A DNA stretch of 64,000 nucleotides. Origin: Octopus vulgaris (Eukaryota). The notes under the pieces were generated by a model. It did no database searches. It was not told where the DNA came from and worked only from the letters and a program-made list of their open reading frames with translations. Each line of letters begins with the position of its first letter. Positions within the stretch are counted from its first letter, which is position 1. Location: contig OX597820.1 in NCBI GenBank assembly GCA_951406725.2, forward strand, positions 124,310,001-124,374,000, written 5' to 3'. A program made the position numbers and the translations under genes. This document shows, piece by piece, positions 29,774 to 43,768 of this stretch.

Positions 29774-30411
29774 TAAATCATTAAATTAAAAGCTTTACAA
29801 CTGTTTGGATTTTGGTATAAATGTAATGTGATTTGACTAGAGTTCTATCGCTGTAAAATCTGAACTAATCTACTTAATGACTTGCTATCGATGCCACCGT
29901 ATTCGAAGGAAGACGAAGCAATCTCAATATTTGCGTATGCATAATTCTCGCAGGTTTGTTAGGTACATATAAATACAAAAATTTGTATATTTACGGAATC
30001 CCTATGAACCCATTCGTTTACGCATAATTCATATATTGGCATACGGCTGTGCGAATTTGTCTCGGTTACTCGATATCAAAAATGATATCGAGTAACTGAG
30101 GCAGATTCGCATATTCTTTGGATACCTTTATTTCTAGACTGCATAAAAAACATGCATCATTCTATATATTCTTTAATCGTAGACAGACAGAATTATTTGA
30201 TCCTTCTTCTGTATAACAGTTTGAAATTGTTTACGTCAGTTTGATTATTGCAAACGTGAACTTTGCATCAAACCATCCGTGGATGACAAAGAAAGATAGC
30301 AATTGATTATTAGAATTTAAGGTAAGGGATTACAACACTCCCCTAGATCGAGTCATACATACATACATACATACATACATACATACATACATACATACAT
30401 ACACATACATA

Positions 30412-30466
<55 letters not shown>

Positions 30467-30711
30467 CACATTGGCTACTTCTTCTGTTCTCTCAGTTCAC
30501 ATGACAGGTCAGTAAAAACATACTTAAAATATTCTGAGATGTACAAAAAATCCATTTTAATTTTTGCTGTCAAAACGCTGTATATATATACCAAAGATTG
30601 TATATATATACATGTAATGACAATGCGACAACCAATAATTAACGCAACCAATTCCCAATAATATATTTGTTTTATCCTTTTCTGCCAAATTTTCCCAAAT
30701 AATATATGTAT

Positions 30712-30965
30712 AAAAACATTTTTGAATTCATAATATCCAATGTGACAATTATGTAAAAAACTTTTTTGAATGCATAATATCCAATGTGACAATTATGTAA
30801 AAAACTTTTTTGAATTCATAATATCCAATGTGACAATTATGTAAAAAACTTTTTTGAATTCATAATATCCAATGTGACAATTATGTAAAAAACTTTTTTG
30901 AATGCATAATATTCAATGTGACAATTATGTAAAAAACTTTTTTTGAACCCATATTATTCAATGTT
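30712..30965. repeat. 44-bp minisatellite, about 5.7 copies
   Basis: Unit aaaaaacttttttgaat(t/g)cataatatccaatgtgacaattatgt, with unit ends at 30754, 30798, 30842, 30886 and 30930. Confidence 0.95.
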
Positions 30966-30977
30966 TCCTTAAATGTA

Positions 30978-31018
30978 ACTTTTGACAATCTTTTACCAAA
31001 GAGTGAAACCGGTTAAGT
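30978..31018 (+). ncRNA. minimal hammerhead-like motif, U3-A8 variant
   Basis: ACTT-TTGACAA-tcttt(tacc)aaaga-gt-GAAA-CCGG-TT-AAGT. The stem II junction is imperfect. Confidence 0.5.
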
Positions 31019-31849
31019 AAATAAACATCGTTTAAATTGCATTTTCAAACCTTTTTTCTTATATAATCCCACTCGTGCGATACCCCACAACTCAACTTTT
31101 TTATATATATATATAGAAAAACAACATGTTTTAAATGTCTGAATGTAAGATATGCAGTAACACTCATGAATAGTAAAGTTTAAGTTTATTTGCCAACATA
31201 ATGTGGAAGTCCTTATATAAAAACGATGTTACTTTATTTTTGCCCCAGGAAAGCATCTTTTCCAGTTGGCTATCGGCAGACATTTTCCGCCCGTATAGTG
31301 TTTGCAAGGGAGACCATCTCTCCCATCTTCAGTTTTACGTGATACCCACAGACCTAAGTTTCTGAATGTTTACTGTCTGCCGAATGAGGAAGGCTCTCTC
31401 CATATGCAAATACTACATATTTTTAAGTGACACACAATCGCTGATCTCGTAAAGAGAAAACCAACTTGTTTGAAATCTTATTCGGTAACAATACTGAATA
31501 GTAAAGTATAATTGCCACCATAATGTGGCACTCCGGTTATAAGGGCGATGTTACCTCATGTCTATCGCTCAGATATTTAAAACAAGTTTTGTTTTTCTCT
31601 TTTTGAGATCAGCAACTATGTGTCGCTTAAAAGATTTATAGTATTTGCAAATGGAGAGAGTATCCATCACTCACCGGTGGATAGCTTACACAGAGGACGA
31701 GTAACCACCCAGAAACCTAGGTCGGTGAGTATCCCGTAAGGCTAGATATGAGAGCAATGATCTCCCTTGCATATACTTTATGGGCGCAAAAGGTGTTCCG
31801 ATAGCCAACAGGGAAATTTGCTTTCCTGGCGTTAAAAGACAGTAACGTC

Positions 31850-32935
31850 GTCCTTCTATAGGACTGCTCGATTTTCAACTGAAATTGACGGAAGAAGGCG
31901 AGATCCACACCGAGTTCTACAGGAAAGCAGCCAATAGAAAGATGCTCGTTCACTACAATTCAACTCTTCCTCTCGGTGCCAAAATAGCATTCGTCAGAAA
32001 TGAATTTACACGCATCGAGAGCAAGTACAGCTGGACAGAGGATAAGATGACCCATACCACATACTTTCTAGAGGTACTGAAAACCAACTGTAAATTGTAA
32101 ATTGGCTTAAGTACGAAAGACGACAAACACGCCGAAAACACCGCAATTCCAGCAACACATGCTTCCTTAAAATAGCCCATTTTAGCGAGAGGATAACTAC
32201 AGCCATCCGAAGAGCCATAAAAAGAGAAGGATTAGACATACAACTAGCCCACTCCGGTCCCTCCTTTAGAAGACACCTAGCAAAGAATCCAGCAAGGGTC
32301 AGCAATCAATGCACACTAGGTAAATTCCCCATCCGTCACATAGATTTATGCCAACGGGTAAATGTTGCGTACAGCATACAATGTAACAAATGTAACAAGT
32401 TCTATATAGGTAGCAGAGAAAGACCGTTACACATTCGCATTAAAGAACATCTAAACACGGGAGCCGCCCCTTAAGAAAACATCTAGACTGATATTGGGAC
32501 ACCAACAAAAGCATAACAGTCACAATTAATGCTAATGACAGAAATTTGGGAAATATAGGAATTATGGCAGCTATCCTCACCGAAAACCTAGGGCCCCAAA
32601 TTAAGAACATGCTGGACATTAACAATCAATATATTATTTAGCTACATCTGTATTCGTGTAAGTTCACTTTTTGTAACATGCTCATGTATAATTAAATGAA
32701 AAAGAAACTGAACGTATAATACATAACGTAGAAGCAGCCCTGTGGATATTCCAAAACACACGTCTCGGAAAGGGCTTCGTGAGACCACTGCAGAGACGCT
32801 TCCCACAAAAAATTCAGTAACCATTGGAAAACTGATTATAGCAGGGATTCGATCAATCCCTAGCAACATCTGAAGAAGGAATTTTTACATTCCGAAATAT
32901 TATTTCAGACTATAAGTAAATTATAACAGTTTTTA
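31850..32935 (+). mobile_element. Penelope-like element 3' fragment (RT thumb + GIY-YIG + pLTR)
   Basis: EFYRKAAN..LVHYNS.LP..K thumb motif, then VAYSIQCNKCNKFYIGSRERPLHIRIKEHL. A partial hammerhead (ctgaagaaggaa..ttccgaaa) lies at about 32870-32898. Confidence 0.8.
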
Positions 32936-33139
32936 TAGTCCACTCTACATTATTGTGCCATCCAAGACACGTTATATTTCAACATTCCCTATATTGTTAC
33001 CATTTCTAGTGGCTATGAGATCATCGGGGTATATTCTTCTGAGTAAAAATTAAAAGAAACTATAATTAGGTATAAATATACCATCCATGTACCTGCAGAA
33101 TCCATTAAGTTTTTTTTAAGTGAACCAACCCTTATCCCC

Positions 33140-33680
33140 GCACATAGGTCTTTAAGAAAAAGAACTTGCATGAAGGGAGGTAAGTGTCCGCCAACAGAGT
33201 GCTACAATTGCCACCTGTTAGAATTCCCCATACCTGACCAAACACCCTACCCGCAAATATTACAAACGAAGTATTAATAATAAAACTAAACATTTCTTTC
33301 AATTTCCCTTACTAATATCAGTATACCCTTACAACAACAATTAGACAAGAATCCGTCGCCATTGTTTAAGCTATACATTATTAAAAATGATATCTAATAT
33401 TCTAAACATACAATTTACTACAGATTTAAGATCTAAGTTGCTATACGTACACATATTCCACATTTGCTCCCAAAATAATTAATTCCTTTTAAAGGATCAT
33501 TAACCTTTTAAAGCATCATTAACTAATATAGATTGCTGCTTATTTGTACAGTTACTAGCTTCTGCTATGAACCTCCTTTTAAAAGGAACTATATACAGTT
33601 TAAGAATTAAAAAATATTTAGGGATAGTTTTATCCTCTTCTTTCACATCTAAACCACTCAATCCTTCTACTGTGGGTACA
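33140..33680 (-). pseudogene. Penelope-like (Neptune-type) RT fragment
   Basis: IPKYFLILKLYIVPFKRRFIAEASNCTNK (cf. PKLHKxPxKxRFIAxSxxCTTK), then a QMW motif and a GILTGGNCSTLLADTYL-like motif. Confidence 0.7.
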
Positions 33681-33722
33681 TACATACATTCCTACATACA
33701 TACTTCATACATACGTACATGC

Positions 33723-33758
<36 letters not shown>

Positions 33759-34454
33759 TTGTGTGCATGTGTGTTGAGAGAGCGCAAAGCAAGGATGAAT
33801 CTAAGAAAATGTATACTGATACTCAGCTAAGTAATCCATTTGCACTCCACTTTCTTGGGAGTAGGGATGAATATTACAGCCTATCTTTATTGCTTTCCAT
33901 TTCCATGTAGAAATATCAAATTTATTGCTACTTTGCATTCATAAAATCAACATTTATTCTTACAAACCATTAATCACTTTATAAAATGAACAAGTAACAA
34001 GTGTATGAAAAAACATTATTAAATTTTATTTTTCTCACTGATGCTTTTGTTAAAACGTTATTTTCACATATATATTATAATAACTAAATCTGTGAACATT
34101 TACTTACTTTATTTAGAAGTCGATATCTAAACAGCATATGTTGAATTTAAAATTTCATCACCTTATTAGCTAATTGGTAGATTACACCATTTCAAATGTC
34201 GCAAAGGTCAGCTTATATTTCTTTCTTTAAGGGTCCATAAACAAAATAACTACCAATAACCCAAATCAATAACTCTCACTTCATTCATAATTCGTCTATG
34301 TTTTCCATTTTGCATGATCAAGGAAGACCACTAACTGCGTTTCTTCTTCCCGAATAATAGACAAAAATATTGGTGGAAGCTTAGCAACATCAAAAGAAAA
34401 TATATACCATAGAAACCGATTCCAAAAAGGCAATATATATATATATATATTTAT

Positions 34455-34694
34455 ATAAAACTTAGATAACACTTAGATATGTTTCGACCAAAGATTGGTC
34501 CAGGCCATGTCTAACTTAATAGCATTACATGATAGGATTATCTGAATCCTGTTTAAGTCAAGTTTTGTTTATGGTCCATTCAAGTAGTGAGGTTTTGTTG
34601 GGTGAGTTGTATCCAATTATGGGTTGCTTATCTGGTATTCCTTGAAGGAATCTATCCAGACTCCGTTTAAAGTTGATGAGATCCCTTTCCTCTT

Positions 34695-34695
<1 letters not shown>
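34455..34695 (-). mobile_element. LINE ORF2 C-terminus and 3' UTR fragment
   Basis: FKRSLDRFLQGIPDKQPIIGY...NKTSL matches the FKxxLDxFLxxIPDxP end of APE-type LINE ORF2. 3' stem-loop gaccaa..ttggtc. Confidence 0.6.
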
Positions 34696-34732
<37 letters not shown>

Positions 34733-35683
34733 CGTATGAATACGTGCGAACGCGTAAATATATATGTAAGTAAGCGTTCATACGCATTCACACACACACA
34801 CATATATATAATCAATAAATTCGAATTTGGGTGTACAACTTGTAGTATTCCATCTAAAGCCAGTACGCAATATTTGGCTATCTGATGCCGTCAACAGCAT
34901 GAATGTATATGACACTGGATTTACTTCAGGAATTTTATCGTGTCCGTAAAGTCTCTAAAATATTTGAGAGTAAGGTAATTGAATTCATAAAATTCTTAAT
35001 CAATTGCTACGATCCATCGAGCATCGTTGCCACGCAGTGAGATATCTTAGGAACACTTCTGCATCGAAGCAGCAGATGTATCTCATGAGGGGATTTGTCA
35101 AAAGGCATCTGGTTTATCAATCTCTGTTTTACTGATTTCTGTTCGAATACATTTTGGTACTTGTTGTATGATATTCGTCTTCATGGGGAACTGGTTAATA
35201 ATATGTATTTAATCTTATTTAATCTACATTAATGCGACTTGAAATGAATGTAAAAAAATGAAAAATAAAAATTTAAAAATAAGTTTGTAAGCTTCAAACA
35301 GTCCGTGGCTGGTATAGAAAACAAAAGGTGGACAGTGTATGATTAGTTGAGTTATTATTATACACAAATACTGGTGGCCTTGTGCCAATATTTGAAACTA
35401 ACATTAAATTCTTTGCCTCACACGCATGTTATTTACTTTGCATATATTATATTCCACAGTGTAAATATTACTGTCTGATTTTCAGATACAGAATAATTTC
35501 AAATTGTATGATAATTCAATCAATGTCTGACCTCAACCGAGGTGCTGACCTTGCATGCGGGATTGTGTGGTAGGAAACTTGCTTCTCAACTACATGGCTG
35601 TGGGTTCTGTTTCACTGCGTTGCAACTTGGGCAATTATCTTCTTCTATAGCCTCGGGGCGACCAACGCCTTAACGGCCGTCGT

Positions 35684-35777
<94 letters not shown>

Positions 35778-35964
35778 AGAAAATGGAGAAACACATTAGT
35801 TGGTTTATCAGCTTTAGGATATTAGGAGGCTGTCTTATTTAAATGACAAAGCTACAATCATAATATACATATATACAGTATACATTTCAATACATTTAAG
35901 ATAAGAATACAAGTAGTTATTACAAAAAAAAAAAACATTAATATAAATATTTTAAATCATTAAA

Positions 35965-36093
35965 GTCACTTACAGCTCTTTCAGCCTATGGAAAAAAGGT
36001 AACTTTTGTGCCTATACTTGTCAATTATAATATTGAGGTTGTCGGTAGTTAAAAATGGGGAACTTACATATATCCATAGGCCTCGTCAGTGAT
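35965..36093 (-). ncRNA. hammerhead-like motif with long stem II in a pLTR-like repeat
   Basis: Minus strand: atca-CTGACGA-g-gcctatgg[about 80 nt]ccataggc-t-GAAA-gagctg-TA-agtgac. Stems I and III are imperfect. Confidence 0.55.
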
Positions 36094-36370
36094 TATAAAA
36101 TACTTTCAAAATATAAATACATACATGAAACAGGATGCACGTACAATTCAATATATATATAAATATAAATATATATCCATACATACATACACATATGTAT
36201 GCATAAGCAAAATATATACACATATACATGTACATAAATACATAAATAGACACAAATAAACATACGTACAAGCATATAGACAATTAATCATATACCTATA
36301 TATACATATACACTGGAACAAAATACATCCATATTTATGAATACACATAATTATTATTATTATTATTATT

Positions 36371-36921
36371 GAATGAGAGAGCAGTTCATGCCATCAAAGT
36401 GACACTGGGGTAAAATATGCGAAGCCCAGTATACCCATCATGACTACCTGTCTGATAAGGGTACACCAAGCACATGCATCACAACCATATGTGCGCGACA
36501 TGGTGATCTCATATCAAGATAAACAGCACATGACCTTGCAGGTGGGGCCCAGTTAGAATTTTCTTCAGGTTGAGTAGCCCATCCCGCTCAAACGGTCCCT
36601 GAATAAGGGTTAAGTAAGTTGAAAAAACCACCCATGTTTCCAGAGGTGAATTATTCAAACCCCAAAGAATCATTCTCAACACATGGCTATGATGCTCCCC
36701 GACTATTTCTGCTCGTGATCAGAGATGCACATATCGTCAGCCACTAAGGGACATGCTCAACTGGTTAAGGTCAAACAACTGACAAGCAAATCTGTGGTAT
36801 TGAGCAGAATATTTGCTGTAGCCCATCTTTTATACCAAGACAAAACAATGTACATGATAACATTTGCAATCAGTTAAGATCAGAAGCCATGAGAGCCACT
36901 GCCTGGTACTGCATCAGGGCG
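36371..36921. mobile_element. interspersed repeat embedded in (TAT)n tracts
   Basis: A 550-bp GC-richer block with sharp edges and (TAT)n on both sides. This pattern fits a microsatellite-targeting non-LTR element; family not established. Confidence 0.5.
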
Positions 36922-36972
<51 letters not shown>

Positions 36973-37008
36973 CATTATTATTATTATTATTATTATTATT
37001 AATATTAA

Positions 37009-37069
<61 letters not shown>

Positions 37070-37665
37070 GCTGTTGTTGTTGTTGTTGTCATCATTATTA
37101 TAATTATCATTATTGTTAATAATAATATTATTAGATTCAGTGTAATCTTCACTTCACAATACATATTATAGTAGATTCCAATATACCGTATACTACGATA
37201 CCATATAAACACATAGTTACGAGAGATGTAATCTTATAAGTTTTAAAATCTCAGTCAATATATACATATAAAATACAGTTAGACCAGGATTATTACAATA
37301 TTATTCTTCTGCATCAACATAAGCCCAAGCGTGTGGGCAACAAATAGAAGCAACATGCATATATATACATACGTACAATTATACACCAATATCTATATGA
37401 AAATTATTTTCTCTTTTCGGCATAACGAAATTATACATACATGTTACTACACCGAATTAATATAAGTTCACAGAATATTTCGTAATAAGAGTTCATTTGT
37501 TAAGAGATACTAGATTAGTTACAAGAGTCGTTTTAAATCTATCGGGCTTTAGGGAGCGATTATTTTTAATAATAGGCTAAATCTAATTGGTTAAGAAATT
37601 TGAATTTCTTTGTCTCAGTTACGGTTATATATATATGTATGTATATATATAATATATATATATAA

Positions 37666-37741
<76 letters not shown>

Positions 37742-37759
37742 ATAATATATATATATGTA

Positions 37760-37829
<70 letters not shown>

Positions 37830-37976
37830 TATATGCATAGTTGTAAAGCATGGCAGAACGCGTCCCGCCACAGGTTTAAACCAAGGGAAAACTTGAAGGT
37901 AAAAAAAGCAAGTAATGCAGAGAAAAAGAAGTATCTTACTGCATACTAGTACTTTATTTTCGAGCACGAGAGAGAA

Positions 37977-38009
<33 letters not shown>

Positions 38010-40675
38010 GAGTAAGACCTAGGGAGAGAGAGAGAGAGAGAGTTAATGGCAAAGTTTTACGGAGTTTTTGCAAAGTTTCTTGCAATCAGATTTTCTCGTG
38101 GATGTTTGTTACTTTGTTAAAATATTCCTTCACTTGCAATTAGTTACAGCAGAAATTCAAATACATAAGGATGGTAAAGTTTCGTAAGAAGCTACTTCGA
38201 TCTTCCTCAGAAATTATACCTTAGTGTCTGAAAACTTGATTTACATGAACGAGAAATAGATGATAAAGCACACAAATAAAGAAACAACACCATTACTGAT
38301 ATGTATTACATATACAACGACATCCACGTTTGCGTAAAACAATGGATAACTATATTAATAGATAACATTGTTAGGCGGATAAATACGATACTAAGCAAAT
38401 AATCAAATCCATTTTTTAAATCGCATTGAGACAAAACATGCTGAATATATTTACGAGGGTACAAGCTCGAAGGAAGATAGAGTCGCATTAGTTTATACAT
38501 GGTTCCATTGCCAAATATATAACTACCCATATTTATGTATATATGCAAAGATGATTGTACACACTAGGTAGGTGCTCCATGATGTCTATGCACTGTGTCT
38601 TCAACGAGTTCAACACTGCAAGGTGAAACATCAGGTATCAAATGACAAAGATTCCTCAACATGCCGGTCGTGTATGTAACAGTGAAAATTCATTAATAAA
38701 ATTTGAGCATGCAGTGGACACATTCAAGTGTGGAATATAGCGGACTTAAATATCATGATTCGTAATCAAAATTATTTTTTATCGTTACTGCACCCCGTGT
38801 ATACGTACGCATTGCAATTACCTAAAATAACACAGGTAACAATTTTAAACATAGTGACTGTTGAGTTTGCTTTCCTCTTGAATTAGTCTAAAAGTGGCAT
38901 TCTAATTTCAAAGCTACTGTAAGTTTTCTATCTCATCAGTCTTTTTGTACTGCTTAGTCTTTGAATAAGCACAATTATATTGTCTGCTTTAAGTAATAAG
39001 GCTGGTCTGCTGCCTTTGCTAATTAATTGATAACCTTGGGAAACATTTTCGAAGACAATATTTTAGTTGCCTTCAGATTTACAATGAATGTGACTTACTT
39101 AATTTAACGCTGCTTCCTACAGAAATACCCTCAGAATTTACTTTTCTGTAACCTCAAGATTTTGTTGAACAGGTATTCATTTTCCACCAGAAATGTCAAT
39201 TGTGCCCATACATGCAGTACTGAAGAAACAAACTAACACAAACCAAATATTACTTTTTATTGATCAAGAAATACATGACACATTGCTCCACACATATTTC
39301 CATATGATTTTCAGGAGCGTAGTCACCATGACCGTGCATCGAATTCACCTTTACGCTCATGCTGCATCCCTGGTTAACAGGCACTGCACAAGATTTTCGT
39401 AAGTTGATGACTACATGTTTCCCAGGAAATCAGATACAACTACGGCAAAAGCATTCCATGCATTTCAACGCCAGACATTGTCTCCAAAAGACTGTTCGTT
39501 CTACACTAGCTATTTAATATGTGGCTCGTCAAACACACCAGCCTTAATTTTCTCACGAGACAGAGCTGGAAAGTTTCTACTTAAGTATTTGAAATATTCC
39601 CTGTGTCAGAGTTTCAACTAATGCTTTACATCCTATATATGTTTACTCAGGTTCTTTCTTGATCATCCAGTTTGATGCCAAAATAAAGTAAGATTTCTTC
39701 AGAAATTTGTGATGTTGCTTCGCTGCCAAGGTAAAGTGTAACATCCACAAATATAGCGGAAGTCATCGAGTTTTTGTATTTTCTCCTCTCAATACTGACC
39801 ATATCTCTGATATCAAAACATAGTCAAGCCAGTTGTCACTTGATTAAATTATTCCCAGAATTGTCAACTGTTACGAAATAAGCAAATTCAGATGTGTGAG
39901 GGCTAAGTTCCATAAAGGGCAAACGTATTATGAAGTTCTTTCTACAGTCCTTCAACCATTCTTGACAAAATTTGACTTTGACACGTGACCTCCCTATAAG
40001 AACATCACGAGCCCATACAAAATAACAAATTTCATAAGAAATAGTTAATGTTGTAGAAAACATGATTCAACTGGTTTGCAATGGTAGTCACACTAATTCA
40101 CCTGCAGCGTGGGCATATTTTCAGACAAATTAAACAAGGGAACTAAGGTGAAGATATAAATTGTGTTCGAACGAAAGGCTTAAATCACAGTTTCACAGAT
40201 AATATTTATGTAGCCGAGAATAAATACATACCTATTTGCATAAAGGAACGAAGGAACGTTGAAGCTGCAATCGTTTATATTACATTTATTCTGGATATAT
40301 TCTAACTGCATAGAAATTTTAATACTAAGGCCCATAGCTGACAAACTCGTCAGGTAATACTATGCACAAGTCTTTCTACACTTCTTTTACAATAATCTCC
40401 TATATTCCCCGGTACATTGTAGAAGGATTGAATCCACGTCAGCGAAGAGAATATCAGGATGCAAATTTAATCCATTATTTTAATTGTCTCCCTCTAATGA
40501 ATGGGTCAGTTATACACGAGTGGATACATTAAACTCAGAGTATGACAGATAAATTGGTACAATGTAGGATTTCCTTTATTGTGTAGCCAACCGCTGAAGA
40601 GAAATGTAGCATCTGAGTAATTAAGTGACAAAAAAAAATTAGCAATTTTATATTGATAGTTGGATGACACATTAA

Positions 40676-40790
40676 TTTGATAATGTGGATAAACTTTGAT
40701 AATGACGATAAAATTTGATAATGAGGATAAATTTGATAAGGAGGATAAAACTTTGATAATGAGGATAACTTTGATAAGGAGGATAAAAAT
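40676..40790. repeat. degenerate tandem repeat of about 20 bp
   Basis: About 6 copies of (t)ttgataa(t/g)gaggataaa(a/c). Confidence 0.8.
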
Positions 40791-42559
40791 GAAATGATGT
40801 CGGGAACTCTCACATTTAACCTGAAATTCAAGTCTAAACTACCATACTAGTTGACATTAGCAGACAAAACATGAACTAGGAGGTAGTATGGCCCCAGCTC
40901 TCAGGCACTTTTACTTGCAAAGAGTTTTGCCAGAGTCAACGAGGGATTCACATATATATCTTGAAGCAGCCAAATACATCTAATTAAATACACTTTGTAT
41001 CGAAATATACGTTTTTACAGTTAGATTATGTATGTTTCTTAAATCCTGTTTTTAGATATATTTCGAGTTTGCTTGCATTATTCTGTGGCAGAGCAAGAAA
41101 CCGATTGACGCAATGTTTGACGTCATCAAAGAAAGTGAAATATCCGCCATTGCTTCCTGGTGCTACTGCAAATTTTTTACAATAAAAGAAGTTTACATAA
41201 AACAAGGAATTGTGTCGGGAATTAAAATTGACAATTTGATAAGGGGTTTCGACCACATATTTAGATAAGGGAAAATGTAGATTAGATTGTATCCATCGAG
41301 TTGTACATTAGAAATGGCCACGGTATGGTTACATGCGAGGATTAGCAGAAATAATGTGTATATATTTAGTACAACATATTAATTTAAATGAATGTATTCT
41401 ATTAATACTTTAATATATTTTGTTCAAATCTGATTATCATTGAAGCCAACTCTGATATAGACGATCTAAATAGATATATAAATAATTGGGATAACTATTT
41501 CAGTGCTATATGTACAATATTTATAAATGTATTCTTCGGTTGTATGTTAAGAGTAGTACTTTAACAAAGGATGTTATGAATGGATATAATGATATACCAA
41601 ATCTGTGATTGTCAATTTCTGAAAATAAAAGAAATACTTGAATTATTGAATTTACTCAAGAACATGAATTCAGATGCGGATAAATGATTACAAAACTTTA
41701 GCAAGCAATAATAAACTTATTGCTTATTAAAAGCACTTGTGTACCAATTATACCAAAAAGAAAAATTTGAGGCAAAGTAAAACGATTTTTCTGCATTTCC
41801 GCCAATTTAACGTATTCTTGAAGTACATAGAAGACCTAATGTATTCAAATGCACTTTTTATATATTCTTCTGACTATCTGTCTGTCTCTCCTAAACTATC
41901 TCTCTTCCTTTGTGCAGGTTTACTGCGTAAATGCACAATCGAATATGGTAATAAGCACAAATACATACTAACATGCACTCTTACAAACACACACACACAC
42001 ACTAGGAATGCATCCCGGCGTTACCTGGGTCTTTTGATCTACAGCCATATTGTATTATTTGTTCCTTTCTTATGGGCAGAATTAGTACAGCTGATATATA
42101 GTGAACTGGATTATTGGCATTATAGAAGTAATTGTTTATTTAAAAGTGAAGTGGGGAGAGCACAATTTGCATGGTTTTGCATGAAAGTGCTTTCTGTTCT
42201 TAAGAAGGATCACAAACTATGTATTATCTCATTGTATAAAAGGAGATTAATACGATTTCGTCAAGAAATCACATTTTCAAAATTTTAGTTTCCTCCCATC
42301 CCTACTACAATCTCTTAATTTGTAAATTTTCAAGAATTTTTCTTTTATCCACGAGAAAAATACAGAGATTATGAATCTGGGAAAAATGCTTTTTTTTTAA
42401 AGTTAAATTTTTCTTAAAGAAAAACTCAATGCCCCTTCCAATCACCTATTTGCTTCGTCTGATGTTTCAGGCATGCGGCGAATTGTAGCGAAAGGCGTAA
42501 AATATATTAGAGCACCAACAGAAAACCCGACATGTTAGAAACAACAGGTAGACAACATC

Positions 42560-43768
42560 ATATCTGAAGAAACTTCCCGCACTCTATAAAGATAAAGGTG
42601 AATCTTAGGGAGTATGTAGCGTTTTGAAAATGGTTTCAACTGACGGGAAAAGAAAGCCAGTGGTTGAATTTGTCTATTTTCAGTTTGCTGCAACACAGCA
42701 TACACAGCTGAATCTGAGACGTCAAGTGTTAGAGACAGACGGGCGCTAGGAGCAGGATGAGCCAAAAAGGACGCGCTGGCTAGTTGGGTCTTGGAATTTC
42801 GAAAGTAGGAGACAATGAAATATTAGCATTTTTATTTGGCTCTCCTTTTAAAAGCTGAGTTAAAGGAGAAAAATCTTTCACACAGTTGGTTAATAGGAGC
42901 GCTGTTCACAAGATGCACTAATGCCGACTGGATGTTGGGAGGGATGCGAGAGAAAATGAATCGTTTAACGAAGGTGTGAGCCTCGTTAGAGTCGTATGCA
43001 AGATCTCGTGGCTGTCTTAAAATCTCAGTTGGTTTCCTGTCTCCCAAATATTCATTTTGCAACAATGAGCGGTACTTGCTCCCAGCAGATGGAGAGTTTC
43101 TGCGTAGCACCTCGGACTTGAACTCTTTGTAGGACATCCCTTAGAGACGAATCGAGTGGGGACGGTAAGCGAGACAATGCGGTGCGCAGTTTGGTCAGTA
43201 GCTGGCGAGTGCTGGTAGCAATGAAGTAGGACTTCAGTTGCAAAAACCAGATTTTTGCTTCCCTATGGAATTGAGGGAGCGGAAATTTGCCCATTTTATA
43301 AAGGAAGAAAAGCCGTTGAGAAGAAAGGAATGTCAAGGTACGCCATAATGAAGTGGAGAAAGCAAGATGGCGAAGCTTCATTGTGAAAAAAAAAAGCTTT
43401 AGAGGCCGAACGTTTAGAACAGTTATGGCGCGTTTACGGTTCTACTTTTCTGTTTTTCTCTTTTTTCATTCGCTGTAAACTTGTTAACTTCTAAAATGTA
43501 AACTTATACTTGTAAACTACCTATTCGTTTCTCGGGGTCACCATTTTTAGGAACTTTGGCTCCTAACAAAGGAAGGTGAAATGTAGAAGGGAGACGGCAT
43601 TCTCCAAATGCAAGAATAAAGAGACGATAAGAATTTCCACAATCGGTCATAACTCGTTTTAATCTTTACATAGCATGCAAATAACAGTATTTATATTGAG
43701 AGATATAAAGGAAGTTTCTGTGTGTTCGTATTCATATACGTAAGAGGTGGTTATGTTTGACCGTTACA
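42560..43768 (-). mobile_element. Ty3/gypsy LTR retrotransposon fragment (5' LTR, PBS, gag, RNase H piece)
   Basis: Gag motifs PQF...IWFLQLKSYF and LGDRKPTEILR. RNase H motif LAHP...LTLDVSDSAVYAVLQQ...PLAFFSRQL. PBS TGGTGACCCCGAG at 43531-43543. Putative LTR begins TGTAAC at 43768. Confidence 0.85.
43531..43543 (-). promoter_or_regulatory. primer binding site, probably tRNA-Trp
   Basis: TGGTGACCCCGA is complementary to the ...UCGGGGUCACCA 3' end of animal tRNA-Trp and sits just inside the putative LTR. Confidence 0.7.

Noticed and set aside
30712-30965. 44-bp array as a CRISPR array
   Set aside because: The units are contiguous with no unique spacers, the context is eukaryotic, and no cas genes are present.
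41737-42288. 183-aa ORF
   Set aside because: It starts at a non-ATG codon, crosses a (CA)n tract and a Helitron end, and has no domain motif.
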